A DNA stretch of 64,000 bases. It comes from Octopus sinensis (Eukaryota). Under the pieces are notes generated by a model, which worked only from the letters and a program-made list of their open reading frames with translations, did no database searches and had not been told where the DNA came from. The translations under genes and the position numbers were made by a program. How positions within the stretch are numbered: position 1 is the first letter of the stretch; each line of letters starts with the position of its first letter. This document shows positions 14,152 through 28,350 of the stretch, one piece after another. The stretch covers positions 77,376,001 to 77,440,000 of the forward strand of contig NC_042997.1 of NCBI RefSeq assembly GCF_006345805.1, in the 5' to 3' direction.

Positions 14152-15109
14152 CTGCAAAAGAAATTGAGAATAACAATCAATAGAAATTCTAGCTGGAATA
14201 GTTATTTAAAAATCACTAAAGAATAATAATTGTATCTACTTAATGGGAATTGAAATTATTTTCAATTAAACAACTAATTTAGGAATATCATTATAAACTA
14301 AATGATAATATGTATCAAATTTAATTTATTTTAAGTTTTGTTATTAGTTTGGTCCAGGAGATGTGCCCACAGCCATTGAAGATCCTCAAAGATCAGTGAG
14401 ATTGACATGATTTATTTTCCTTTTGAACAGCTGCAAAAAAAATGAGCAGAAAAGGAATTGCAGGTCAACAATGAGAAGAGGAAGAACTTTAAATAGGGTT
14501 AGTGCAGTACGAATGCTTTGGGATGAGATATTGTAGTTGTTAAGACAAGTAAATTGGAAGGGCCGGAGTAGAAGTGGCACAATAGCAGTCAATTCTGAGG
14601 AGCAGAAGACTGTTGTAGAAGATGTCCTAATAGGAAGAGCAAGGTTTTTATGAAAGGATTTCACACTATACTGAAGCAAAGAATGAACTGATTTCTTTTA
14701 TTTAGGCACATGGACTTTATAAAGAGAGGACACCACAAGGACAAACCAAACAATACATGGGGTACATAAAAACATAGCGATTGAATATGAAAATGAAAAT
14801 AAAGAGAATATAATGGCTTACCTACCCCACAAAGTAGGAAGTTCCATTTTACTGTTTTTAAAATAAGTAATTATTTTCCAGTTTGTATCATGTTCGCAAT
14901 GTCATATAATAAATGCCATCACCAATGGCAATTCATCATATCTAAATCAGAGTGCTATTACTTCTATCCTGTCTCTGAATATTTCTCTCAACCTCCAGCA
15001 ACATCACTTTCCTATTACGATTCTCCTCCTTGTCGGCCAGCTTGATCCTTATAACACTTTTCATTTTGGAAATTCTCTTTTCTATTTCCACGCTCTTTCC
15101 ATAACAAAC

Positions 15110-15780
15110 CATCACTCTTTTATGTTTCTCGGCTGTACCACCTCGCTCTCTTCCTCTGTTGCTAGTATTTCCGTCTCTGTTTGTTCCTCCTTCTCACTTT
15201 CAAGTCTCTTCTTCCATCTTTCCTCCTCCTTACTACTTGAAGGCTCCGGTCTTTGCGTTCGTTCTCCCGTTGGTATCTCATTTTTTTTTCATTCTTATTT
15301 TCCTCCGGCTTTCTTTTCTTTTTAGGTGGAGATTCTACATTACTTTTCTTTCTTTCTACCACCATAAATTGTTCCTCTATTTTCTCCTCCTCTACAGCTG
15401 TATTCTCTTCTTGCATTTCTGTTTATATTATTTCCTCCTCATGTTTCTGGGGACACTTGGCCTGCATGTGTCCCCTTACTCCACATGCAAAACATATTGG
15501 AGGTTTACCCTCCACAACAATCCTTAATCTGGTCTTGTCAGGTAAAACCAGCTCTTCCACAATCTTATGAAGGTCTGGCAGGCTTATATGGACCATTACT
15601 TCTAGCCCATGTTCCAATCAGTTCACCTCTGTAGTCTTCAACATTTTTAAAACTTCTGTATCTTCCTCTGTATGATAGAGGATGGCTGCCACCAGTCATG
15701 TCTCATCAATTTCAGGGGGCACTCTACCTATCCTTACTCTGGCCACACGAAGCAAAGAATGAACTGGTCATGACTATCCA
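15110..15780 (-). mobile_element. Tx1/L1-type LINE ORF1 relic with CCHC zinc knuckle
   Basis: RVRIGRVPPEIDET*LVAAIL...VEGKPPICFACGVRGHMQAKCP (C-x2-C-x4-H-x4-C at 15453-15494). Confidence 0.65.
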
Positions 15781-15899
15781 AAAATAAAGGTGCTGAACTC
15801 TAGAGTGAATATCAAGTGAGCTTTGTATAGAATTAATAACTTAGGAGCTGAAGTATTTTAACTCTGAAGAAGAAAGTCAGTGTTTGTGATGCAATCTTT

Positions 15900-16620
15900 A
15901 CCATGTTGATGATGTGTGTTCATCAGGAGAAATCCTCAGTGATGGTGAGGTCTAGCATTTGTATTGACCTTGAGGGTTCTGGCTCATTCAATTTCATGTT
16001 CAGCAGTGGGCTACAATATTGTTTCTTTGATATGTAGAGTTTAACTTCATGCTGTTGAAAGTCTCTTTGTGGAGTCAGATTTAGGTGGAGAAGGCTTGTG
16101 TATAGAAGGTTAGAAAAGAATGAGAGGCAGTTGTTGGAAATGATAAGAACATCATTGATGTATAAAAGAAAGTGTGTGGATAAGAAAACTAAACTTTGTA
16201 GTTCAGCAGAGTTGAAAAAGTGCAAGGGATCAGAGAAAGCTCCATCTACAATAGTGCAATCAGGAAAACACTGATCCAAAAGATGGGAGATGGATGGAGC
16301 TAATTGGCAAGTGGTTTAGCTTCGAGATTTTCCTGCCAGTCATGATCAAATGTTTTGCTAATATCAAGTATAACAACACTGTTTCACAGAATTGCTTAAG
16401 GATGAGAGCCAACTGGTGAGTGACATAGGAGAGCAGATGTCCAGTAGATCTGGTTTTAGGAAAGATGTACTAGTGAAGGTGTACTAGTTATTTCTTGCAG
16501 GAGGAGCAACCACATTAAGGTCCTCCATTAGCTTGTTGTTGTCATCTTTAAGTATTGGAAGCGAGAGTGACAGGTCAATGTCTGGCAAGGTCAGAGGAAT
16601 TGTCTTTTTTGGGGAATGAG
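15900..16620 (-). mobile_element. Degenerate CR1/L2-group RT fragment
   Basis: IVDGAFSDPLH...LSTHFLLYIND resembles the V.SGVPQGS..P.LFLLYIND RT region; a matching LINE C-terminus (LQLFKRKINH) lies at ~14386-14690. Confidence 0.55.
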
Positions 16621-16717
16621 AATGTTTCCAAAGTAATAGTAGTATATAAAAAGGAACTTATGTGCAAAAGAGATTTCAAATCAAATAAAGTATATGAAAA
16701 AACAAAATTCTTCTTAC

Positions 16718-16851
16718 CTTGAGCGTTGGAGCACAAAAAGCCAGGCACATCCAGTCAAGAAAAATGCAAAGCTACAAACAAAATTAAGCATTGGCAAAGG
16801 CATATCACCAGCAGAGAGATAATTTCCATTGTTATCTTCTATAAGAATTAA
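16718..16851 (-). CDS. GPR107: GPR107 coding exon 7 (TM1)
   Basis: cag|LILIEDNNGNYLSAGDMPLPMLNFVCSFAFFLTGCAWLFVLQRS+AG|gtaag; 134 nt; YLSAGxxPLP motif of the GPR107/108 family. Confidence 0.95.
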
Positions 16852-17219
16852 CTGAAAAATAATGAAAAAAAAAAAAAATATTGAAGTGTTATAAAAATGA
16901 AACAAGTTTAAAAAACACTAAGTATTTATTCCTTTCTGACTTCAAAACGTTTAATTTTAATTGCAACATTAAATTATTGAGCTCATCAGTTTCTAGTTAA
17001 TTGTGCACCATACAACACTTTTTCGATTATCTGCTCTTTGTCATTTAATAAAGCATGACAAGTCAAGACATTTTACAATTCAAACTTCTGAATTAGGAAT
17101 GAAACCATAAGAAAATTCTAAATTTTTATCTAACTGTATTTGTTGCAACTTTGAGCAAATATTTGACAAAAACAATAAAGAATGGAAACCAATAAGTTTT
17201 AGGAAAACCTTGTTACAAA

Positions 17220-17760
17220 TCCAAACTGTGCCTCATCTAAGCTGGTTTACTTCCTAATTAATTGTGCTGATACTCTCTCCATCACTTTCATAACCTGGTT
17301 TGATATCTCTGTAGTTGCTTTTTTTCCAGAATATCTCCTTTGCCCTTGTAACAGCTGATGGCTGTACTGCTGTACCAGTCATTGGGTATGACAACTCTTT
17401 GTATTTTCTGGTTGATTATGCAAGTGGCTAGTTTGAGCCTTACTTCACAAGATATTTTCAGTACCTTAATCTTCCTGACAGACCTGCTGCATTTCTCTTC
17501 TTCATATCTTTAATGACTATTTTGACCATATAACTGTCAACTTCAATATCTGGTCCCTTTTGTCGGGTATTCCCACCCACACATTTTCCACATTCAGCAG
17601 CCTCTTGTAATAACATTTCAACATTTCATTCTTCTCATAATTAGAGAAGGTTTGTATGCCATTGTCAGTTTTTAATATATTGTTTCTCAACTACCTCCTC
17701 GGACAATGTAGTCTTAGACACACAATGCATGAGACAAGGCTCTATTCATTCAGGCTAATC
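17220..17760 (-). mobile_element. Old RTE fragment
   Basis: Reverse complement reads QVMKVMERVSAQLIRK*TSLDEAQFG. Confidence 0.65.
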
Positions 17761-18141
17761 TCTGAGTGAAGAATAATAAAAATAACAGCAAGAATTTTTT
17801 TTAAATTGTCATAAAACTTCAGATAAAATGAAATCCTACCTCTCCTCATTTGATACAACTATATAGCTCTCCATAAAATGAAAACAATAAATAAAGGTAA
17901 AGATATTTTTTTACATCATAATACAAACAATTATTTTACTTCTATATTAGCCTTACTGAACCACATTGAACCACTGAACACTCCATACATATATTCAACA
18001 CTACAGACATATCACTCTATATTTAATCAAAAAGCAGTTTTTCATTTCATGCTAGCAACACATTAAAAAGGCTTTTGGTGCTGAGAAAAAGCCAGCTTAT
18101 AAAATATTACTCAAATATAGAGGAATATAAATTACACTTAC

Positions 18142-18243
18142 AGATAAATTAACAGCTGAATTTGCTCCCTTGTAATTAATACAGTTGTGAAAGAACAAAT
18201 TGTACAAGCCCTCTTCATTGTCTTTCTTTACAGAAACAAGGAA
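18142..18243 (-). CDS. GPR107: GPR107 coding exon 6
   Basis: cag|FLVSVKKDNEEGLYNLFFHNCINYKGANSAVNLS|gtaag; 102 nt; carries the conserved EGLYxLxFHxC motif. Confidence 0.93.
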
Positions 18244-18805
18244 CTGAATTTAAAAACAATAACTTCAAAATATTAATATCAATGATATGCAAAAAAAGTT
18301 TTGGCATAAAAAATTGTAGATCAGTGTAATATAAATCTAAAATTATAGATGTCTTAATTAGCAAGTCCACACAAGTCAATACCTTTAATATGGGGACTCA
18401 GTACAACCAAACATGACTCAAAACTTTGCTATTTAATATGATTGTTGATGTATCTTAAAATCCTGAAAATATTAATATTTTAGATATTGATACAATACAG
18501 ATCAATTTTCAAAACAAATTATCTGTGTAGATTTTCTCTGACAATTTCAGGACATTATAGCTAACAGTGTTCAAAGGTATAATAAATTTGCTTATCAAAC
18601 ACAAACTAGAATTTAGAGGAACTCACCCTACAATTTTAATTTTAATTTCATTTCCGATAATAATTTAAACAATATAACAAAATTTTAAGTTGCATAAAAT
18701 GATATTGGCAGAAATGTTTGGCATACAGAATATATCAAATAAATGCATTAAAGTTTATTATGTTAGAATGAAAGCAGGACAAAACAGAAGAAAATTAAAC
18801 CTTAC

Positions 18806-19190
18806 ATAAGCTGTATAATATCCATTGACTTTCTTTAGCTTAATAACATCTTGCACTGTTCCATCAGTGGGTCCTGCTGTAGATACTTTGTGTTCTTTAC
18901 TAGCTGAAGAAAGAGTGTTATTGGCTGAAGTTGAATTTGAAACATGCTTTAAGAGTTCTTTTACTGCAGTATTGACCAAGGAATTATTTAAGGGCAAAGA
19001 ATTATTTGTTTTATGCGTCACGGCAGCTCTTTGAGATCTGGATAACAAGAAACTGTCACTTGTCACATATTTTTTCACCTGGTCATCAGAATCACGCCGA
19101 AATAGTTTATGCTGAGAGATGAAAGTCTTTTTATCCAGAGTAGATATCATTAAACGACTTAAATCTTTCCCTTTCCGGTCCACATGCAAA
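18806..19190 (-). CDS. GPR107: GPR107 coding exon 5 (variable luminal region)
   Basis: cag|T+LHVDRKGKDLSRL...KKVNGYYTAY|gtaag; 385 nt; completes the phase-2 Val codon from exon 4 and ends in phase 0. Confidence 0.85.
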
Positions 19191-20399
19191 CTGAAAAAAG
19201 AAATAGACACAGAAAGATGTATTTAAAACAAAGTGAAACAATTGTTTTAAATTCTGACACAAAGTCAGCAATTTTAGGGAGTGGGTAGTCGGTTTCATTA
19301 ACTTCTAGTACTTAAATAGTACTTATTTTATCAAGTCTAAAAAAATGAAACACAAAGTTGACTTTAGCAGCATTTGAAGTCATAATGTAAAGAACCTGAA
19401 GAAATGTTGTTAAGCATTTGAACCGATTGTACTAATGACTCCACCAGCTCACTGTTTTAACAAAGAGAAAAAATGAGCAATGAAATAAACTATAATATAT
19501 TAGTATCTTTTTATTATTAACAGGATTCTAAAAAATATGCTATTCAAATAACATGCTGATCTTTAAAACTCCCAACTCTGCCTCTTGAGAGACAATTTGT
19601 GGGGGGGAAATTCCAAAGATTTCAGTGAATATCTTTAAAAACTACTTTGTAATTCAAATATTGAATCAATAAAAAAAACTAAACATATGTTATATTATCA
19701 GTAAAATACTGAAACAACATGTTGACTGAAGGTAAGTTTCAGCAAAAGCTAAAAATGAGGTCACCTCAATATATCTAGCATTTACTATTTGTATGGTTTT
19801 CCTTAAAGATCAATAACTTTAAATCAGTAGTTGTTAATCTTTATGATTTTATGGTGTAATGGAGAGTAAATAAACAATTACTAACACTTAGCATGGAAAG
19901 TTTAAAACTTAGTAAATAGTATAGAACAAAATTGCTTATCTCATTTTATTAATCACACTTGCGCATAACAAATTCAGGAATAACATGGATTTTCAGGAAT
20001 AAAAAGCGGTTCAATCATTAGTATGGATTTTCTAAAGCCTTAACACACCTAGACATCTCTTACTACAGCTACACCCTTTGAGAACTATCTTAACCCTTTA
20101 GCATTTAAACTGGCCATATCCAGCCAAAATAATCTTCAAACTGGCCAGATCTGGTCTCTCACATTTACCCTACAATATCGTTCTAAAAATTAACAGTTAC
20201 CTCATCAAAACCTCAAAGCTACAAGGTAATACTTGACTAATTCAAATCAATGTGACTAAATAAGCATTACATTTGACAGGGAAATCTGAGTGCTAAAAGG
20301 TTAAAGTATACTAACCTTGGAATTACAAACATTCAAAACAAGAATCCATGAAAAGATTTTTTTTATATAACAAGCAATTCCTTTATGTTTATTTCTACA

Positions 20400-20722
20400 T
20401 TGCTCAGTGGTTAGAGCGTCGAGCTTACAAAAGTGAGGTTGTGAGTTCGCATCCTAGACAGGGCTGCGTGTTGTGTTCTTGAGCAAGACACTTTATTTCA
20501 TGTTGCTCCAGTTCACTCAGCTGTAGAAATGAGTTGCGACGTCACAGGTGCCAAGCTGTATCGGCTGTTGCCTTTCCCTTGGATAACACTGGTGGCATGG
20601 AGAGGGGAGGCTGGTATGCATGAGCGACTGCTGGTCTTCCATAAACAACCTTACCCAGACTTGTGCCTAGGAGGGTAACTTCTAGGTGCAATCCCACGGT
20701 CAGTCATGACCGAAGGGGGTCT
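20400..20722 (+). mobile_element. tRNA-derived SINE family B
   Basis: GCTCAGTGGTTAGAGC...GAGTTCGCATCC head; second copy at 49746-50076. Confidence 0.8.
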
Positions 20723-20811
20723 CAGCAACATTAAGTACCATTGAAGACCAATGAACCATTTCTATGGACCACACAACACTGCATACACCTATTGAACACT
20801 ACAAACATAGT

Positions 20812-21156
20812 TTTTATCTTTGGCTTGTTTTAGTCATTTGACTGAGGCTGTACTGAGGCAATGCCTTAAAGAGCTGAATTGAACAAATCAATCCCAGCAC
20901 TTAATTCTTATTCTATTGGTCTATTCTTAGCTGAACCACTAAGTTATGGGGACATAAATAAATCAACACTGGTTGTCAGATAGTGGTGAAGGATAAACAC
21001 TAAGACACACACACACACACACGTTTCTTTCAGTCTAACAAATTCACTCACCAGGGCTATAGTTTGAAGAGACTTGCCCAAGGTGCCTTATAGTGAAACT
21101 GAACCCAAAACTGTGTGAGTGGGAAGCAAGCTTCTTACCACAGCCACACCTGCACC
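20812..21156 (-). mobile_element. SINE family A, older copy
   Basis: Reverse complement is colinear with family A. Confidence 0.75.
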
Positions 21157-21537
21157 TATATCTTTGTATTTAATCAGAAATCAATTTCTCATTTCATATT
21201 AGCACTTATTAAACAGGCTTCAGGTGCAGAGTAATAGCAGTTAGATATTACTCAAGTATACAGGCATAAAATTTTACTTGAGTAGGTACACTGATTAAAA
21301 GCCAACATTTAACTCTTTAGTATTCAGATTACTTTGTCAAATATAATGCTTATTTAATCACATTGTTTTGAATGTTATGCATTATCTTGTTGCTTCAAGA
21401 TTTCAGTCATGTGATAGTTTATTCTTATAATGGCATTATAGGGTAGATATGAAAGGCCAAATCTGGCCAATTTAAATTCTAAAGGGTTAGACATGTGCAA
21501 TGAAAACAAGCAGTGAAATCTTAAGATGAGCACTTAC

Positions 21538-21635
21538 ACTTCATCCTTAAAATTCATACGGAAAAATATTAATGAAACAGAATCAGTATCATCAGAATCC
21601 TTTTTGGACAGGATACACTTTTCCTGCATGCTTTC
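21538..21635 (-). CDS. GPR107: GPR107 coding exon 4
   Basis: cag|ESMQEKCILSKKDSDDTDSVSLIFFRMNFKDE+GT|gtaag; 98 nt, phase 2; matches DEDVNYCILKK... Confidence 0.88.
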
Positions 21636-23451
21636 CTGCCACAAAGAAAAAAGAAATTATATTTAGGATATGAGCAATTAGTAAACGATACAATCTTGAA
21701 TATTAAGTTATATTAACCAAAAACTACAATACTGTAAGTAAAATTGTGGGAAAAGATCAAATTTAACAGTGGAAAGTTTACAATGCTTAGTATTGAAGAA
21801 GAAGAAATCTTCTTGAAAAGTAGAAGCTATAGAACTAAAATACTTATGCAGTAATATTTTTAGTATCACAATTACCATACACTCTAAACTACCCTTTTTG
21901 TACAATACAACAAAAGTTACATTTTACTTTCTGTTGAAATGAAATATTTCTGTAAAACATTATCAAAATAATAGAAGTTGTGACAAGTAAAAACATGAAG
22001 TTTTTCTTTGTGATAGCATGTCCTTTTCTAAAACTCATCTATGAAGAAAGGATGTCATCTATTCTTTACTAGGTAAACTCAGTCAAATGAAAGAATCTAC
22101 ATTTACAAACACAAGACAACTTTAGCAAGATTCAAACCTATGAATCTAGTCAGTTGTCAAGCAGCTTAACTTGATGAAAACTTCTTATGAAGCTGGAGAA
22201 CAGTAAAACAAGACTGGATATAAGTACAGTTTTGGTATTAATTACAAGCACCTGAGAAATGGAAGTATATTATGGAATCCTAATAAGGCTGAATAAACAC
22301 TGCTTTAGTCAGCATTCTTATATGTATGATCTTATTAGTTATAGACTGCATAATTACTATTGTGCTAAACAAAGCACAATAATAATTATATTTCTGAAAG
22401 GATTCTCTTTGTATGAGTCAAACATTAGGGTCATGAAATATCTGCATGTTGTGTAATTAACAACAAAAACACAGCTACAATCATCCAACTATTTGTTAAT
22501 TCTTTCATTGAGACTCCCTGACACCTGTGAACTCAAGGATGTGTAAACTGACCAACAGTTAAAGGAAAAGTCTACTGTGGCACAAATATATGTTTACTGA
22601 ATGTACAATGTAAGCTTAATATATGGAACAAGTAAAAAAAATCAATAGATAAAAACAGGTACTTGATGCAAATGAATATTTAAGTACATTGTGAAGTAGT
22701 GTGAAGAAGTAGCATGACAATGAGAATAGAGATGGATTAATAATTAGAGTGAAATATATCTGAAGTACATAGGATAGACATTTAATTCAAATAAACGTTG
22801 AAGGGAGACAATGACAAAGCAACCACTGCTAATGACAATACAAGGCCCAAAATATAATATATTTCTTTTATTTCAGGTTGATCACTAACCAGTGTCAAAC
22901 AATGGCAATTCTTTTTAACCCACAAAAACTCCTTTGGAGTTTCATGCCAGCTATACCAGCTAATGAATGCAAAGCACATGTTAATTGTATTACATGTGTA
23001 TCCACAGATATAAACAAAATATATATAAAATAAACCATTTGGACTTCACCAAAATAGTTCCATTTTGCTAACATAGTTTAGATAAAAATATATTTTAAAA
23101 TATTTTTTATATGGAACCTGTTAGTATTAAGTATGAGAAATTACAGGAATTACCTTTATAATAATTTACAGTTCAGTTTACAATACTAGAATCCTTGAAA
23201 AAACATAATTGTAATAAAATAGAGATTTTCTTGACAGGTACAGACTCTCAGACTACCGTGACATGAATTTAAATATCAAATATCAAATAGATTAAATTAT
23301 TTGAGTTCAAAAACTGACTTCTGCAACTGATTTTCTTGCTAACACAGAGTAATTTATAAGCTGAAATATTCAATAAAAGAAAAATCAAATTGAGATTATT
23401 ATTTTGAATACTATATAAATAGCTTAATATCTCATAAGAAAAAGTACATAC

Positions 23452-23502
23452 CAAATATGTAGACATTCCAGTACTCCCACTTTTGTCAAGTGTAAATCCA
23501 AA
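23452..23502 (-). CDS. GPR107: GPR107 coding exon 3
   Basis: cag|FGFTLDKSGSTGMSTYL|gtatgt; 51 nt; matches IGFSLDRTKNDGFSSYL. Confidence 0.9.
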
Positions 23503-25064
23503 CTGTAAACCAAACCAAATATGAAATAATTCAATAGCAAAATATATGTATATTAAATATATATAATATTAAACAATTTGCACACTCACATCTATATGAC
23601 CAGGCATTTGTAGTTAGTCCAATTACAAGATATGTGAACTAACTATTCAACTATTTAGTAATTCCTCTATTGATATGGTTTCGCACAGAGATGAGCCTGC
23701 CTCATATCTGTGAACTGAATGCTTTTGTGGTACTAGCTTTAAACAAGGAATATTTCTACTCCAACTGTTGGTTTATCTTTCAAATTTTTACTCTATGGTA
23801 AATTTAATACTAGAGAGTTATAAGAAATCTAAGAATCAAACTTTCAATTGAAGATGACTGTGAATGTGTATGAAATCACATCGGAGATGCATGCTTTATA
23901 AATTGGGATTAATGGGTTTCAATATTGCAATCTTTGTAACTAGTTCACTGACAATAATCCTTCTATAATGAGTGTACTCTAAATTGTACAGTTCTCATAA
24001 GAACTGAATTGCATGTAGCAACTCTGTTCACATGCAAGGAGCATAGCATACTAAAGCATTTTTAATAGCCATGAACTTCAGAGAGTCTCCTGGAGTCTTG
24101 ATATGAGAAAACTCTATTGCAAGAACATAGACCATCTGTTAACATTACAGCTGTCAATTTATGACATCAGACGTTAGCCCTAAAACAAATATGTGCAAGC
24201 TATCATCAAAGAGTGATGACAGTACAGACTCTTGGCTGAAATGCACTGGATCAGAGATGTAGCAATACATCACACAGAGTTACAGTGACATAGTGAATAT
24301 TATCATACAATGGTTTAATGATGCCTTCTTCATATAAATGTACAAGAAAGTATCTTAAGTCTCCTTTGATTGTAAATCTTGGTACATCCCAGCCTTCAGG
24401 GAATCAATACTTATCTTGTGGACACTGCCTACCTACAGTGGCAATATGATATACAGACATGATTTTTAGTCTGTCAGATCCAGGGTAAAAATCAAGAAAA
24501 GCAAGAAGTACCTACATGCAGTGTTTATTGATATGAACTAAGTATTTGATTCTTCCTCTAGAGTTGTGCTTTGGATAGTATTCTCTGAGCTGAATATATC
24601 AAGTGAAATTATTAAATTCATCAGATCCCTCCATGATGGAATGTGGAACAATGTCTGCTCTATGAACACTTGTCTCCAACAGTAGCAAGCAAAGAAGTGT
24701 TGTTGCACCTGAACTTTTCAGGCAGTTTTTCATGGCAATGCTAAAAACTCCATTTTGCATCTGTGATAGTGAGAACAATATTATATTCTACATCAGTAGT
24801 AACCTCTTTAGGCTACAAAGTTTAGAACAGTAAAATAAAGATTGGTAATGTTCTGAACACGTTCAAATAACATCTTGACACTTTTATGTCAGATAATACA
24901 CTTTCAATCTTGAACAGACAAGGCATGACATTTTTCACAATTTAGAAATTTATATATAAATGAAGATGGTTACCCTTTCTATCACTAACTACTGTTTATT
25001 TAATTTAGAAATTAGATATGACTACCTCAGTTTAAAAAATGTCAATGACAGATTATTTACTTAC

Positions 25065-25187
25065 AGATGATTCATCAAGCTTGTGACTACTGTCTTTCAT
25101 GTAAGAGAATTTTGTTACATTTACTGTAAGAGTTCCTCCTTTGAGAAAACCAAAGGTACTTAATGTAAACTGCCTACGATCATCATC
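25065..25187 (-). CDS. GPR107: GPR107 coding exon 2
   Basis: cag|DDDRRQFTLSTFGFLKGGTLTVNVTKFSYMKDSSHKLDESS|gtaag; 123 nt; matches the DDVRHKVHLNTFGFFKDG motif of GPR107. Confidence 0.92.
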
Positions 25188-25574
25188 CTGGAAACAAAAC
25201 AAAGAACAGATATAAACAAATGGATTAGTTGATAAATCCTTTCAAAACTTAAAACTGTTATAACCAATTTTATGCAGTTTTCAGTTTCTCCTCAACAATA
25301 TATGCCAATCTCTAATGGGTAGCAAAATACCATCTTTAATCTTTTATATAGATTTATAGGCATAGGCATGGCTGCATGATTAAAAAGTTCCCTTTGAAAT
25401 CAAATGGTTTGGGGTTCATTCTTACTACATGGGCACTGTTGGCAAAGAGTCCAATGCCTTGTTAGTGAAACTGGTAGATGGAAACTTAAGAAGCCCAACA
25501 TTTGTGGGCTTATTCACATATTCACACAAGTCTGTACATTTCTGTCTTCCTTCAAGTGTTGACATTGCATAATG

Positions 25575-25836
25575 TTTCAGTTCTATATTTAAGAGTTGAG
25601 GAATTATGTACATTTGACAGATATTTGTCCTCATCTTGTTTGTTGTTAACACATTTCGGCTAATATACCTTCCAAGCCTTTATCAGGTGTCTTGGGGAAA
25701 TTTTGAACCTGGGTTCTCATTCCAAAGGTATTTTTCGATGTTATTAATTATTATTTAGGTCACTGCTTGGACTCTAACTTGGAATCTTGGGGTTAGTAGC
25801 CCGTGCTCTTAACCACAATGCCATATGCTCATGGGC
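25575..25836 (-). mobile_element. SINE family H copy, core decayed
   Basis: Reverse complement is colinear with 56304-56565; core reads CTGATAA...GAAAT. Confidence 0.7.
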
Positions 25837-26450
25837 AATTATGGAGTGAATTTTAGGGCTTATAAATCTAATATTTTCATATCCTTCCTTAATACCAGTT
25901 TCTATATGCTACTCATATCTGCACTCGGTCTGCTTACGAGGCTGTTGTGTCCTAGCATATGTGCTGCTTTGTTTAGTTTTCGTATTTTCCAGTGGTGTTC
26001 TCTGTCTATTATTTTAACTTCATCCCACCTTAGGATATGAGGCCCCGCTTACTAGATCAGCTGGTTATCAAATAAAGCTCAATATTCTGCTAGTCATCGC
26101 TCATTGTCTCCTTTTGTTGTTTAGCCTCAGATTGGCCCTCAAAATCATTCTATTTGTAACCAACCAGTCATTTTATTTTTTCCAAGTTACATTATCAATA
26201 GTGTTATTCTTTCCTTAACCATTTTTAATACCAACCAACCTGTAACAAACCATACTAAAGTATTCATATATATACAAACATGGTTCAATGGAAAGAAGTT
26301 TGCTTCCCAACCACATGGTTTCAGGTTGAGTCTTACTGCATGGCACCTTGGTCAAGTGTCTTCTACTATAGCCCTAGGCCAGCTAAAGCTTTGTGAGTTG
26401 ATTTGATAGACAGAAACTGAAAGAAGCCTGTTGTCTGTATGTGTGTGTGT

Positions 26451-26725
26451 GGAGATGCACTGGTTCAGTGGTTAGGGCAGTAGACTCATGGTCGTAGGAT
26501 TGCAGTTTCAATTCGTAGACCGGGCGTTGTGAGTGTTCATTGAGCAAAAACACCAAAAGCTCCATGAGGCTCCAGCAGGGGTGGTGGCAAAGGCTGCTGT
26601 ACATTAAGGGTACAGTCTCTGTGGAGTGCTCAGCCACTTGTACAAGCCACTTGATTTCACGAGCAGGTTGATTCTGTTGATCGGATCAACAGGAAACCTC
26701 GTCGCCATAACCAACGGAGTGCCAC
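26451..26725 (+). mobile_element. tRNA-derived SINE family C
   Basis: TGGTTCAGTGGTTAGGGCAG...GTTTCAATTCG head; tail fragments also near 2100-2190 and 13895-13960. Confidence 0.65.
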
Positions 26726-28015
26726 ATGATATATATATATATATATTGTATGGGTCTCTATTGCCAAACTGCTAAGTTACAGAGATGTAAACATACCAAC
26801 ACTAGTTGTCAAGCAGTGATGGGGAAGAAACACACATAAAAATATATGCATACATACATGTACATGTACACACACACACATACATACATGACAAGGCTTC
26901 TTTCAGTTTCCATAATCAGCTTTAATTAGACCAGGGTTATAGAAGACAATTTTCATGCAGTGGGACTGAAGCTGGCACCATGTGTTTGGGAAGCAAGCTC
27001 CTTACCACACAGTCACATCTGTTTGTGTATATATATATATACATATTATTCTTAAACAAAAATGTTGTTGACAGTGACTTAGAAGTTTCAAGCAGCTAAG
27101 CCTTCATCTGATGATGGCTTAGCTGGCAGAAAATTCAAAGTCACTCTCAAGACTATTGTTGTTTAAGAAGAATACATTTGTACTCTACAAAAGTATAGAG
27201 TAATCCATCAGATAAATGTAAATTTGATTTTATTATAATTGAACATAAAAACATTTATATATTATATATATATATATATATTATATATATATATTATATA
27301 TGTACATACATAATACACACATATATCTTAATATATAAAACAGAGTTTGTTGGGGGGTGCATGTATGCATATGTTCCTTATGGATTTTGACATATGAGGT
27401 ATAAAAGATTCAGTAATCTTTTGGCTACAAATAAAGTATGTTTTTGCAGAACTCTCTTTTACTACAAAAATAACCTCGAAAACGAGATCAGGTCGCACAA
27501 TTTTGAGGTCTTTAGCTATGAGAGGTAACTCTACTTGAACAATCGTTGCATAATGAGAAAATGTTTAAAATACATGGAGCTTTACCAGGGAAGAAAACCT
27601 CAAAAATATACCATCAATTATTATTTAGTAGATAATTTGTTCAATGTTTGTCTGTGTTTTGTTTAGCCCAAAGTTACTTCTGATGTAGCAGACCCACCGC
27701 ATACTTTTCTTTTCCTTCCTGAAATACTGTAAATCTGTGTCTTTCTTTTGAAGAAAGGATGTGTTTTAAGAGAGATTTGGCTGCTATTTGTAGTAGCTCA
27801 AGTTACCACAGACACACCTGAGTGTGTGTGTTTTGTTGTGGTGGAAAAAAATACCTTTTCTCAGAATATTTTGCACAATAATTTTTTAAGAAATCTGGAC
27901 ATATATATATATACACACACACACATGCATGCATACACACACGCATGTGCACACACACATATATACACATGCACACACACACCACACACACATATGCATG
28001 TATTCATATGTACAT

Positions 28016-28084
<69 letters not shown>

Positions 28085-28350
28085 TATATTATATATATAT
28101 AAGAAATACTGAACTTCTAAATCTCTCGTAGAGACATGTACGGTGGTGGGGCGATAGAATGGTTGTATACTGTCAATCTAACACGAACGTGACAGTAGGG
28201 GGGTACACCACCGCTGTATAGCCCTAGGAAGCATCGAACGCCTCCTGATGGCTTTGACACATTTTTCCCTGTGTCCTTATATACATTTACGAAGGGGAGA
28301 CAAACACCCCCGGCCGCCGAAGCTGCATCTAGGGACACTATCAGATGCAT

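Noticed and set aside
28230-28350. HDV-like ribozyme reading (GCC-TCCTGAT-GGC resembles P3/L3)
   Set aside because: No G1-U wobble, no GG for P1.1 and no convincing P2 or J4/2; kept only as an unexplained structured segment.
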